Below, one piece after another: positions 19,250 to 27,383 of a stretch of DNA of 64,000 nucleotides. Position 1 is the first letter of the stretch, and every line of letters starts with the position of its first letter. A model generated the notes under the pieces. That model was not told where the DNA came from. It saw only the letters and a list, made by a program, of their open reading frames with translations, and did not search any database. The position numbers were made by a program, and so were the translations under genes. The stretch is from assembly GCA_016875875.1 (NCBI GenBank), contig VGOP01000006.1, positions 72,773 through 136,772 of the forward strand, given 5' to 3'. The stretch is from Chloroflexota bacterium. GTDB taxonomy: Bacteria > Chloroflexota > Dehalococcoidia > GIF9 > UBA5629.

Positions 19250-21211
19250 ATGGCGAAACCCAAGATAGGTGTATATGTTTGCCACTGCGGGTCTAATATC
19301 GCCGGTACCATTGATGTACCGCAGGTAGTCGAGTTTGCTAAGGGGCTGCCGGCGGTAGCAATTGCCCGCGAATACAAATTTATGTGTTCTGACCCGGGAC
19401 AGAGCATGATTAAGGATGACATTAATAACTTAAAGCTTAACCGGGTAGTGGTTGCCTCCTGTTCTCCACTACTGCACGAGCAAACCTTCCGCCGCGCAGT
19501 TCAAGAGGCCGGAATCAATCCCTATCTCTTCGAGATGGCAAATATCAGAGAACACTGCTCCTGGACCACCGAAGACCACGGAGAAGCCACCGAGAAAGCC
19601 AAAGCCCTGGTAAGCGCTGCAGTAAAACGCGTCTATTATCATCAGCCTTTAGAGACAAGAGAGGTTCCGGTCAATCCAAATACCTTAATTGTTGGTGGCG
19701 GCATCGCCGGGATTCAGGCTGCATTAGAAATCGCCGATGCCGGGCACAAAGTTTATCTGGTCGAGAAAGACCCGAGCATCGGTGGACACATGATTCAATT
19801 CGACAAAACCTTCCCCACCCTGGACTGCTCTGCCTGCATCCTCACCCCCAAGATGACCTCAGCAGGCTCTCATCATAACATCGAATTAATGACCCACAGT
19901 GAAGTCAAGGAAATCGCCGGTTTTATCGGCAACTTCAAAGCCAAGATTCGTAAAAAAGCTAGATTTGTTGATGAGTCCAAATGCAATGGCTGCGGTGTGT
20001 GCATGGAAAAATGTCCATGGAAAGCAGATAGCGAGTTTGACCTCGGATTAAGCCAGCGAAAAGCTATCTACACCCCATTCCCACAAGCAGTACCTAATAT
20101 CCCCGTGATAGACAAGGAGAGCTGTGCCTATTTCCTCAAAGGCAAATGCCGTGCCTGCGAAAAGTTCTGCGAGAGAGAAGCCATTGACTTCGAGCAGCAG
20201 GATAAAATTGTCGAGATAGATGTAGGCAACATAATCATAGCCACCGGCTATGACCCGTTCGACCCCACCCCCATCATCAAGTACGGTTATGGTAAATTTC
20301 CTAACGTTGTCACCGGCCTCGAATTCGAGAGAATCTGTAATTCCGTAGGACCTACCGGTGGCAAAATCGTTCTTAAAGACGGTTCTGAGCCAAAGAGCAT
20401 AGCTATCATCCACTGTGTCGGCAGCCGCGATGAAAATTACCATGAATACTGTTCTCGCGTCTGCTGTATGTATGCCCTCAAATACTCCCACCTTATAAAA
20501 GAAAAAACAAAAGCCGATGTCTATCAGATGTATATAGATATGCGCTGCTTTGGCAAGGGATACGAGGAATTCTATAAGCGACTATCTAAAGAAGGGGTTA
20601 CTTTCATACGAGGCAAGCCAGCCGAGGTTAGTGATAGGGCAATGAGTGAAGAGGAGAAAGGAAAACTGATTGTCGTCGGCGAGGACAGTTTACTTGGAAC
20701 CATTGTCAGAGTCCCGGTCGACATGGTTATCCTGTGCATAGCACTAGAAGCCCGTGCTGATGCCAAGAACGTTGCCCAGTTGTTCAGTATAAGCCAAGGG
20801 GCCGATGGCTTCTTTATAGAGAGACATCCCAAACTTGACCCGGTAGCAACTATGACTGAGGGTGTCTTTATCGCCGGCTGCTGCCAGAGTCCTAAAGACA
20901 TACCTGACACCGTAGCCCAGGCCTCAGCCGCAGCTACTCGCGTCTTGGCCTTGATAAGCAAGGGGAAAGTTGAGCTAGAGGCAGCCGTCGCAGTAATTGA
21001 TGAAGAGAAATGCTCTGGCTGCCGAATCTGCAATCTACTCTGTCCCTACAACGCTATTGACTTTATTGAAAAAGACGAGGTATCTCGAATTAACGAAGCT
21101 CTGTGTAAGGGTTGCGGTACTTGCGTCGCCGCCTGTCCTAGCGCAGCTATAACACATAAGCATTTTACCACTGAAGAAATTATGGCAGAAATCGAGGGGG
21201 TATTAGTATGA
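19250..21211 (+). CDS. hdrA: heterodisulfide reductase subunit A (Cys form)
   Basis: 653 aa. FAD-binding [17 protein letters not shown], several 4Fe-4S motifs ([36 protein letters not shown]), and Cys where the upstream copy has TGA. Confidence 0.95.
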   Translation: MAKPKIGVYVCHCGSNIAGTIDVPQVVEFAKGLPAVAIAREYKFMCSDPGQSMIKDDINNLKLNRVVVASCSPLLHEQTFRRAVQEAGINPYLFEMANIREHCSWTTEDHGEATEKAKALVSAAVKRVYYHQPLETREVPVNPNTLIVGGGIAGIQAALEIADAGHKVYLVEKDPSIGGHMIQFDKTFPTLDCSACILTPKMTSAGSHHNIELMTHSEVKEIAGFIGNFKAKIRKKARFVDESKCNGCGVCMEKCPWKADSEFDLGLSQRKAIYTPFPQAVPNIPVIDKESCAYFLKGKCRACEKFCEREAIDFEQQDKIVEIDVGNIIIATGYDPFDPTPIIKYGYGKFPNVVTGLEFERICNSVGPTGGKIVLKDGSEPKSIAIIHCVGSRDENYHEYCSRVCCMYALKYSHLIKEKTKADVYQMYIDMRCFGKGYEEFYKRLSKEGVTFIRGKPAEVSDRAMSEEEKGKLIVVGEDSLLGTIVRVPVDMVILCIALEARADAKNVAQLFSISQGADGFFIERHPKLDPVATMTEGVFIAGCCQSPKDIPDTVAQASAAATRVLALISKGKVELEAAVAVIDEEKCSGCRICNLLCPYNAIDFIEKDEVSRINEALCKGCGTCVAACPSAAITHKHFTTEEIMAEIEGVLV

Positions 21212-21636
21212 ACAACTTCGAACCAAAAATCGTCGGCTTCTGTTGTAACTGGTGCTCCTACCGGGGAGCCGATTTAGCTGGCACTGCCAGAATGAAATGC
21301 TCTCCTAATGTCCGCATCATCAGAGTGATGTGCAGCGGCCGGGTGGAACCAACATTTGTTGCCAAAGCTTTCGAACTGGGAGCGGATGGCGTTCTGGTTT
21401 TAGGTTGCCATCCTGGTGATTGCCACTATGTCGAGGGCAACTATAAGACAATGCGGCGCATGCCATTGCTCAAGAAAATGCTAGGGCAGCTCGGCATTGA
21501 AGACGAGCGGGTGCGGCTCGACTGGGTATCAGCTTCCGAAGGGGACCGCTTCGTCTCAATAGTTGACGATATGACCACAAAGGTTAGAGCCTTAGGGCCC
21601 TTCAAAAAGAACTCCAAGGAGGCAAAACATGGCTAA
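21208..21636 (+). CDS. mvhD: MvhD-like [2Fe-2S] hydrogenase/heterodisulfide reductase linker subunit (Cys form)
   Basis: CCNWCSY...VMCSGRV...GCHPGDCHY pattern. ATGA overlap with hdrA. Confidence 0.9.
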   Translation: MNNFEPKIVGFCCNWCSYRGADLAGTARMKCSPNVRIIRVMCSGRVEPTFVAKAFELGADGVLVLGCHPGDCHYVEGNYKTMRRMPLLKKMLGQLGIEDERVRLDWVSASEGDRFVSIVDDMTTKVRALGPFKKNSKEAKHG

Positions 21637-22588
21637 GCTCAAAATTGCGCTCTACTGGGCAGCTAGTTGCGGTGGCTGTGAAATCGCTCAACTCCAGATT
21701 GGCGATAAAATCCTCAAGCTGGCCGAGGTTGCCGATATCGTTTTCTGGCCAGTTGCTATCGACGCCAAGTATAAAGACGTCGAAGCTATGCCAGAAAAGA
21801 GCATAGATGTCTGCCTGTTTAACGGAGGCATCAGGAATTCCGAACAGGAACACCTAGCAAAAATGCTGCGCGAAAAATCCAAAGTGATGATTGCCTATGG
21901 CGCTTGTGCTTCTGAAGGTGGCATTCCCGGACTAGCGAATCTGTTCAACCGGGAACTGATTTTCCAGAGGGTCTACCTTGAAACACCGTCGACAGATAAT
22001 AAAGACAAAGTATTCCCCCAGCCGAAATACAAGGTGCCTGAAGGTGAACTTAACATACCCGAGTTCTACGACACAGTCAGGACCCTCGCTCAGACAGTGG
22101 ATGTAGACTATACCATCCCCGGTTGCCCACCAGAAGCCAGGACAACTTGGCTGGCTTTGGAAGCCTTGATTGAAGGTAAATTGCCTCCAAAAGGGACGGT
22201 GATCACTCACAATGCCAAAGCAGTATGCGATGATTGCCCTCGGAAGAGGGATGTGAAAAAGGTCAAGAAATTCTACAGAACTTTCGAAATCATACCGGAA
22301 CCGGAAATCTGCTTGCTTGAGCAGGGCCTCCTGTGTGCCGGCATCGCCACCCGTGGTGGCTGTGAGGCTCCCTGCCCACAGGCCAATATGCCGTGCACCG
22401 GCTGCTATGGACCAGTGGACGGAGTGATCGACCAAGGGGCACATTTTTTGAGCGGAGTGTCTTCAGTGATTGACTCCAATGACCCAACCGAAATCGACAA
22501 AATCATTGCCGGTATTCATGACCCGGTGGGCATCTTCTATCGCTACAGCTTAGCTGATTCGCTACTAAGGAGGGCAAGAATAAAATGA
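21629..22588 (+). CDS. mvhG: [NiFe] hydrogenase small subunit, group 3 (MvhG-like), no Tat signal
   Basis: N-terminus [16 protein letters not shown], and distal cluster Cys motifs ([30 protein letters not shown]). Confidence 0.9.
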   Translation: MAKLKIALYWAASCGGCEIAQLQIGDKILKLAEVADIVFWPVAIDAKYKDVEAMPEKSIDVCLFNGGIRNSEQEHLAKMLREKSKVMIAYGACASEGGIPGLANLFNRELIFQRVYLETPSTDNKDKVFPQPKYKVPEGELNIPEFYDTVRTLAQTVDVDYTIPGCPPEARTTWLALEALIEGKLPPKGTVITHNAKAVCDDCPRKRDVKKVKKFYRTFEIIPEPEICLLEQGLLCAGIATRGGCEAPCPQANMPCTGCYGPVDGVIDQGAHFLSGVSSVIDSNDPTEIDKIIAGIHDPVGIFYRYSLADSLLRRARIK

Positions 22589-24045
22589 AGAAAATAACCA
22601 TAGACCCTATAACCAGGCTTGAAGGCCATGGCAAAATAGAGATATTTCTCAACGACGCTGGAGAGGTGGAAAATACCTACTTCCAGGTCCCGGAACTCAG
22701 AGGCTTTGAGAAGTTCTCTGAAGGGCGGCTGGCTGAGGACATGCCTCAGATAACCCAGAGAATCTGTGGCGTCTGTCCTGAAGCTCACCACATGGCATCA
22801 GCAAAATGTCTGGATGACCTGTTCCATGTTGACCCACCAAGCCCAGCCAAGAAGCTTCGCGAACTCTTTTATAGCTCCTTCTATGTCACTGACCACACCA
22901 CCCATTTCTACATCCTGGCTGGTCCCGACTTCGTCATGGGACCAGAGGCTCCTGTGGCCGAGCGCAACATCCTGGGAGTTATCGCCAAAGTCGGCCTGGA
23001 ACTAGGTGGAGCCGTGATTAATACACGAATGAAAAATCACCACATCATCCACATGCTCGGCGGTAGAGCCGTGCATCCTGTCTTCGGCCTGCCCGGTGGT
23101 GTCAGCAAGGGGCTTAATGAGGAGGAGAGAAAGGAAGTCGAGCAAATAGCCAAGGACTCCGTTGAATTTGCCAAATTATCCCTCAAAGTATTTGATGATA
23201 TTGTCCTCAAGAACAAAGAGTACCTGGATATGGTCCTCAGTGACGCCTATACTCACCGCACCTACTACATGGGTCTGGTCGACGAAAAGAACAGAGTAAA
23301 CTTCTATGATGGCAAAGTTAGAGTGGTTGACCCTGACGGCAAGGAATTTGTTAAATATGCACCCCGAGAATATCTCGACCATATCGCTGAACATGTAGAA
23401 CCGTGGACTTATGTCAAGATGCCCTACCTCAAGAAGATCGGCTGGAAAGGGTTTGTCGACGGCAAGGACAGCGGCGTTTTCCGGTCAACTCCTCTTTCCC
23501 GACTCAATGCCGCCAATGGTATGGCAACTCCTCTGGCCCAGGCAGAGTACGAGAGATTCTACTCCACACTGGGCGGCAAGCCGGTCCATCAGACGTTGGC
23601 GACTCACTGGGCTCGACTTGTCGAGCTTCTATATGCTGCCGAAAGATTGCTTGAGCTCAGCAAAGACCCTGAGATTACCAGCCCCAACATCCGCACTATC
23701 CCCACAGCCACCCCAGATGAAGGCGTTGGCATAGTGGAAGCTCCCAGAGGCACCCTAACACATCATTATATTACTGATGAGAAAGGGATTATCAAGAAAG
23801 CGAACTTGATTGTGGCTACAGTCAATAATGCAGCGCCTATTAACATGTCCATCAAAAAAGCAGCCATGGCTCTCATAAAGCCCGGCAAGAAGATAACTGA
23901 AGGGCTGCTTAACCGCATTGAGATGGCCTGGCGCCCCTATGACCCCTGCTGGGGATGTGCCACCCACACTTTTCCGGGTCAGACGCCAATGGAGGTAACT
24001 ATCTACAACAGCCAGGGAGAGGTAGTAGAAAGGTTAAGCCGTTAA
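22585..24045 (+). CDS. mvhA: [NiFe] hydrogenase large subunit, group 3 (MvhA-like), Cys type
   Basis: RLEGHGKIEI, N-terminal RICGVCPEAH and C-terminal DPCWGCATH Ni-binding motifs. Confidence 0.95.
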   Translation: MKKITIDPITRLEGHGKIEIFLNDAGEVENTYFQVPELRGFEKFSEGRLAEDMPQITQRICGVCPEAHHMASAKCLDDLFHVDPPSPAKKLRELFYSSFYVTDHTTHFYILAGPDFVMGPEAPVAERNILGVIAKVGLELGGAVINTRMKNHHIIHMLGGRAVHPVFGLPGGVSKGLNEEERKEVEQIAKDSVEFAKLSLKVFDDIVLKNKEYLDMVLSDAYTHRTYYMGLVDEKNRVNFYDGKVRVVDPDGKEFVKYAPREYLDHIAEHVEPWTYVKMPYLKKIGWKGFVDGKDSGVFRSTPLSRLNAANGMATPLAQAEYERFYSTLGGKPVHQTLATHWARLVELLYAAERLLELSKDPEITSPNIRTIPTATPDEGVGIVEAPRGTLTHHYITDEKGIIKKANLIVATVNNAAPINMSIKKAAMALIKPGKKITEGLLNRIEMAWRPYDPCWGCATHTFPGQTPMEVTIYNSQGEVVERLSR

Positions 24046-24087
24046 CCTCTGTGTATAGCAATTTAAAGAATAAGTGCATTTACATAA

Positions 24088-24558
24088 GTGGATGGGAAAA
24101 CGAAGACACTAATATTGGGGATGGGCAATTCACTCCTCAGCGACGATGGAGTGGGCCTCTACGTTGCTGCTGAACTTAGAAAAAAACTGAATCAACCAGA
24201 CATAACCGTTATGGAGACCGGCGTGGCCGGTCTCAGTCTTTTAGACCTGCTGGTTGGCTATGACAGAGCCATCATCATTGATGCCATTCAAACAATAGGC
24301 GGAAAAGCGGGGCAGATTTACCGCCTCGACCCAAAAGCGTTTGATACCGCCCTACACACGGCATCAGCTCACGGTATTGACTTTACTACCGCCCTTGAAT
24401 TTGGTAAAAAATTCGGCCTTGCCCTACCACAGCAAATCGTCATCTTCGCCATCGAGGCTTTGGACATAAGCACATTCAGCGAAGAGTGCACACCCGAGAT
24501 TAAACAGGCAATTCCCGCCTGTGTCGAAATGGTCCTCCAAGAACTAAAAATGGGGTGA
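24088..24558 (+). CDS. hydrogenase maturation endopeptidase
   Basis: LILGMGNSLLSDDGVG ... IIIDAI ... HG pattern of the HycI/HybD/FrhD family. GTG start. Confidence 0.85.
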   Translation: MDGKTKTLILGMGNSLLSDDGVGLYVAAELRKKLNQPDITVMETGVAGLSLLDLLVGYDRAIIIDAIQTIGGKAGQIYRLDPKAFDTALHTASAHGIDFTTALEFGKKFGLALPQQIVIFAIEALDISTFSEECTPEIKQAIPACVEMVLQELKMG

Positions 24559-24585
24559 CAGCTTCTCAGCCATCACCCCATTTTC
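24546..24585. terminator. bidirectional intrinsic terminator between convergent protease and FNT genes
   Basis: GGGGTGA (24552-58) and TCACCCC (24573-79) form a stem. It is flanked by AAAAA upstream and ATTTT downstream, so each strand sees a hairpin plus a U-run. Confidence 0.6.
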
Positions 24586-24603
24586 AAAAAGGAGGAAAAA
24601 TTA

Positions 24604-25854
24604 TCACCACTTTTCTTGAGATAATCTGGAGGTAAGCCAGGTACGCAAAGGTTCATCTAACATACCAACCCTGGATTCCAGCCAGCGGACGTCCCCGCTC
24701 TCCAGTGCAGCTTTTGCTTCCGGTGTTAGATTATAAGCCTTGAGAGCCTGATTAGGATTGTCCGCCAGTTTAGCCAAGAACTTAGTGTCATCTCTAGCTC
24801 TAGCTAACACCGATATGAGGGCATTAGTCTCCGCATCCAGATAGGCTGCTTGCTGAGGCTGCAATTGTGGCTTAGAAAACATACCTGCAAGCCAGGGCCT
24901 AGCAGCTACTGCTTCAGCAGCACGTTCCTTGCGAAGGTATATTAGCCAATATATACTACCTACAAACGTGCCGCCGACGATATTGCCCAGAGTAACTGGA
25001 AACAGATTACCGATAAGGCCAGCGACATTGAGATTAGCCACCTGGCTTGCAGTCACGCCAGCTACTTCAAGGACTTTGGCCTGTCCCGCCATAGCTATGC
25101 CCATTGGAATGAAGTACATGTTAGCTATGCTATGTTCAAAACCACAAGCCACAAATGCAGTTATAGGAAAAAGGATGGCGAATACCTTATCAATGGTGGA
25201 GCGAGCACCAAAACAAAGCCAGACAGCTAGACAGACAAGCGTATTGCACAGAATTCCACGAGCAAAAGCCGTCCAAAAAGCCAAGTTGACTTTGGCATTA
25301 GCTATTGATAAGGCATTGACACCCACTTTAAAACCATCCAGTGCCCAAAACTGACTATAAAAGACTACAAGCACTAAGAGCAGTGACCCAACAAGATTGG
25401 CGAAATAAACTATGCCCCAGTTTTTAAACAATTGAGACAGCCTTATCTTGCCACTGGCTCGACCAGCTACCATAAGCGCATTACCAGTGAACAGCTCGGC
25501 TCCAGCTAACACCACGAGAATAAGTCCTAGGCAGAACACAACTCCGCCGAGCAGCTTGGTCAGGCCAAAACCAACCTGGATATCAGTAGTAACCAGAGTG
25601 CAGAACATGGCTCCCAAACCAATAAAGAACCCCGCCAATATTCCTAGCAGCGAGATAGACCAGATATTGCCATTAGCTTTGGTTACTCCCACACCTTCCA
25701 TTTTTACCGCCATCTCCGCCGGCGGTCTACAGTCAGTAGTGGCACAGATTTTCAGCTCTTCCAAGGCAGTCTGTAAGCGAGACACCTCCATAGTTGGAAG
25801 CTTCCCCACCTCCAGTCTTTGTATTTCCTTACCTGATGACTTTAAGTCTGCCAT
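24604..25854 (-). CDS. formate/nitrite transporter (FNT) family channel with a C-terminal ~100-aa soluble extension homologous to the two small SQEKW proteins
   Basis: FNT signatures (LAGAELFTGN, ACGFEHSIANMYFIP). I chose the ATG at 25854 (MADLKSS...) behind GGGGGAGG, not the track start at 25965, which overlaps the upstream gene. The tail ...ISVLARARDDTKFLAKLADNPNQALKAYNLTPEAKAALESGDVRWLESRVGMLDEPLRTWLTSRLSQEKW aligns with 25871..26200 and 30126..30452. Confidence 0.85.
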   Translation of the reverse strand: MADLKSSGKEIQRLEVGKLPTMEVSRLQTALEELKICATTDCRPPAEMAVKMEGVGVTKANGNIWSISLLGILAGFFIGLGAMFCTLVTTDIQVGFGLTKLLGGVVFCLGLILVVLAGAELFTGNALMVAGRASGKIRLSQLFKNWGIVYFANLVGSLLLVLVVFYSQFWALDGFKVGVNALSIANAKVNLAFWTAFARGILCNTLVCLAVWLCFGARSTIDKVFAILFPITAFVACGFEHSIANMYFIPMGIAMAGQAKVLEVAGVTASQVANLNVAGLIGNLFPVTLGNIVGGTFVGSIYWLIYLRKERAAEAVAARPWLAGMFSKPQLQPQQAAYLDAETNALISVLARARDDTKFLAKLADNPNQALKAYNLTPEAKAALESGDVRWLESRVGMLDEPLRTWLTSRLSQEKW

Positions 25855-25870
25855 GATTCCATTCCTCCCC

Positions 25871-26200
25871 CTACCATTTCTCCTGAGACATTCGGTACCA
25901 CAACCAGGTTGACAGACGCTTGTCCAGTTTCCCCACCCAACTCTCAATCTTCTGGATATCACCACTAGCTAGAGCTGCTTTCTCTTCCTGTGTCAATGTG
26001 TAATACTCCTTAAGTGCTTCGTGAGGATTATCTGCCAGACGGGACATGAATTCAGGCTCGTCGGCTGCTCTGGCCAGCACAGACAATACTGCCCACCTTC
26101 CGGTCAAGCCCTCTTTTGGGACAACTGTAGGTGCACTAATAAGTCTGTCAAGTGCTTCGGGGGTAGTTTCTTCGGTCTTTCTATGAACTTCCTTAGCCAT
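25871..26200 (-). CDS. small helical protein ending in SQEKW (paralogue 1; NHLP/LigA-like appearance)
   Basis: 109 aa. A strong SD (AAGGAGG) lies 7 nt before the ATG. The stop is 16 nt before the FNT start. Over the last 87 residues I counted 9 differences from the protein at 30126..30452. Confidence 0.8.
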   Translation of the reverse strand: MAKEVHRKTEETTPEALDRLISAPTVVPKEGLTGRWAVLSVLARAADEPEFMSRLADNPHEALKEYYTLTQEEKAALASGDIQKIESWVGKLDKRLSTWLWYRMSQEKW

Positions 26201-26238
26201 TTTGACACCTCCTTCTTTATTTTGGTTTCCACCCTAAA

Positions 26239-26303
26239 TGTAGCAACTATCAAAGTATCTCTCATCGGTCTTCAGCTCTAATTGCGATAGGGCTTTAGGT
26301 ATG
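26239..26303 (-). promoter_or_regulatory. conserved ~65-bp upstream element, copy A (promoter/operator or 5' leader of paralogue 1)
   Basis: It aligns with 30496..30561 at a similar distance from the start codon. Shared blocks (plus-strand reading) are TGTAGCAA, TCATCGGTCTT, AGC.CTAATT.CGATAG and CTTT. Confidence 0.55.
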
Positions 26304-26455
26304 TACAAAAGTATCATGTTGGCCGAACAAGCAGTGCTGCTATTTGGAATCCTACGGATGCTCAAAACAAGTGTGCTTTGGCCATTAGTACTAGTTCTTT
26401 TAGGCTCCGCAATTGACACTGGGTTGACTTTATTTTAGAATGCAAGCCAAATAAA

Positions 26456-26576
26456 GAGGGGGGTGGACGGTGACAAACGCGGCGTGTTCGGCTATTACGT
26501 CAAGGGGGCAAGGCACAGGCTCGGGGTCAACTGCTTTGAAGGAATTGTCTGTCACCGCCCACTCGGTACCCTCCTC
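26456..26576. other. unassigned ~120-nt element with a long interrupted closing helix (possible structured RNA; strand undetermined)
   Basis: GAGGGGGG...TGGACGGTGACA (26456-26475) pairs with TGTCACCGCCCA...CCCTCCTC (26549-26576) around a G/C-rich ~70-nt interior. It lies in the 533-bp gap between the satP stop and the paralogue-1 start. The only ORF listed in that gap (26234..26419) is unconvincing and does not overlap the element. Confidence 0.4.
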
Positions 26577-26733
26577 TATTAAGGCATCACACCTACAAGT
26601 TGAATTAAGTTAATGCCACCGAGTTTAACAATTAATTCCAGATTACCTTGCTCATATTTATTTGTTAATAGCAACTCCCTGGTTTCCAAGGTATTACAAC
26701 TAGTCCAAACAGCTAAAATATGTCTCTAACAAT

Positions 26734-27309
26734 TTATTTGGAAATCAGGCCGATAGGGAACACCCACCTTCCGAACTTGTCATTCAACACCACGGCTGCT
26801 GATCCATAGGCTGCTGCAGCACCACAGCACAGTCCTTCTATTCCTGCTACCACTGCTGGCAGAATACCAAAAAACACGGCTGCAAGCAGGAAGAACAGTA
26901 TCGTCAAAGTGGCGAACACGAAGATGTGCATCACTGACATTCTAAAGGTGCCTATGGTCATATAACCGGTGAATATACCCCAGCATATGAACAACCAGGC
27001 AAGTCCGGAGCTCTCCATCTCTACTACACCAGTCCACTGCAACAGGAAGTAAAAACTCAGTCCTAGCCAGAACAAACCATATGAAGTGAATGCAGTCAGA
27101 CCAAAGGTGTCACCACGACGAGCGTCTATTATGCCGGCAATAACCTGAGCCACACCCCCCCAGAAAAATCCGTATACCAGTGGCAGGGTACCTTCAATCA
27201 AACCGAGATTGTGTATCTGTAACAAAATAGTATTCAGGCCAAATCCAGCTAACCCTAAGGCACCTGGATTAGCCCACTTAACATCATTTTGAGTCATTAC
27301 CTTTGCCAT
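26734..27309 (-). CDS. satP: acetate/succinate channel, GPR1/FUN34/YaaH (SatP) family
   Basis: NPGALGLAGFGLNTILLQIHN and six hydrophobic helices, as is typical of YaaH/SatP. It lies directly downstream of acs. Confidence 0.85.
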   Translation of the reverse strand: MAKVMTQNDVKWANPGALGLAGFGLNTILLQIHNLGLIEGTLPLVYGFFWGGVAQVIAGIIDARRGDTFGLTAFTSYGLFWLGLSFYFLLQWTGVVEMESSGLAWLFICWGIFTGYMTIGTFRMSVMHIFVFATLTILFFLLAAVFFGILPAVVAGIEGLCCGAAAAYGSAAVVLNDKFGRWVFPIGLISK

Positions 27310-27383
27310 AAAAGTACCTCCTTTCTTAGAATTATCTTATATTGGTCGGAACCAGATACAGATTGGTCCGACCAGAAAAGACT

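Noticed and set aside
20048-21033. 147-aa and 153-aa minus-strand ORFs inside hdrA (Cys copy), and 21932..22444 inside mvhG
   Set aside because: They are antisense shadows of well-supported genes, and their composition is typical of a reverse-frame artefact.
24929-25912. 141-aa and 154-aa plus-strand ORFs opposite the FNT gene
   Set aside because: They are antisense to the FNT coding region. Their Pro/Thr/Ser-rich translations carry no motifs.
25855-25965. N-terminal extension of the FNT ORF (track start 25965, MVISRRLRVGWGNW...)
   Set aside because: It overlaps the 3' end of the upstream SQEKW gene in another frame. It is Arg/Gly/Cys-rich and unlike FNT N-termini. A strong SD (GGGGGAGG) precedes the internal ATG at 25854.
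26456-26576. Assigning the structured element to a Moco riboswitch (minus strand contains CCCCGAGCC) or to SRP RNA
   Set aside because: Only a partial resemblance to the CCUCCGAGCC box. I found no matching GGAAAGG-type closing segment, and no GGAA-tetraloop or AGCAGC SRP domain IV motif. I left it unassigned.
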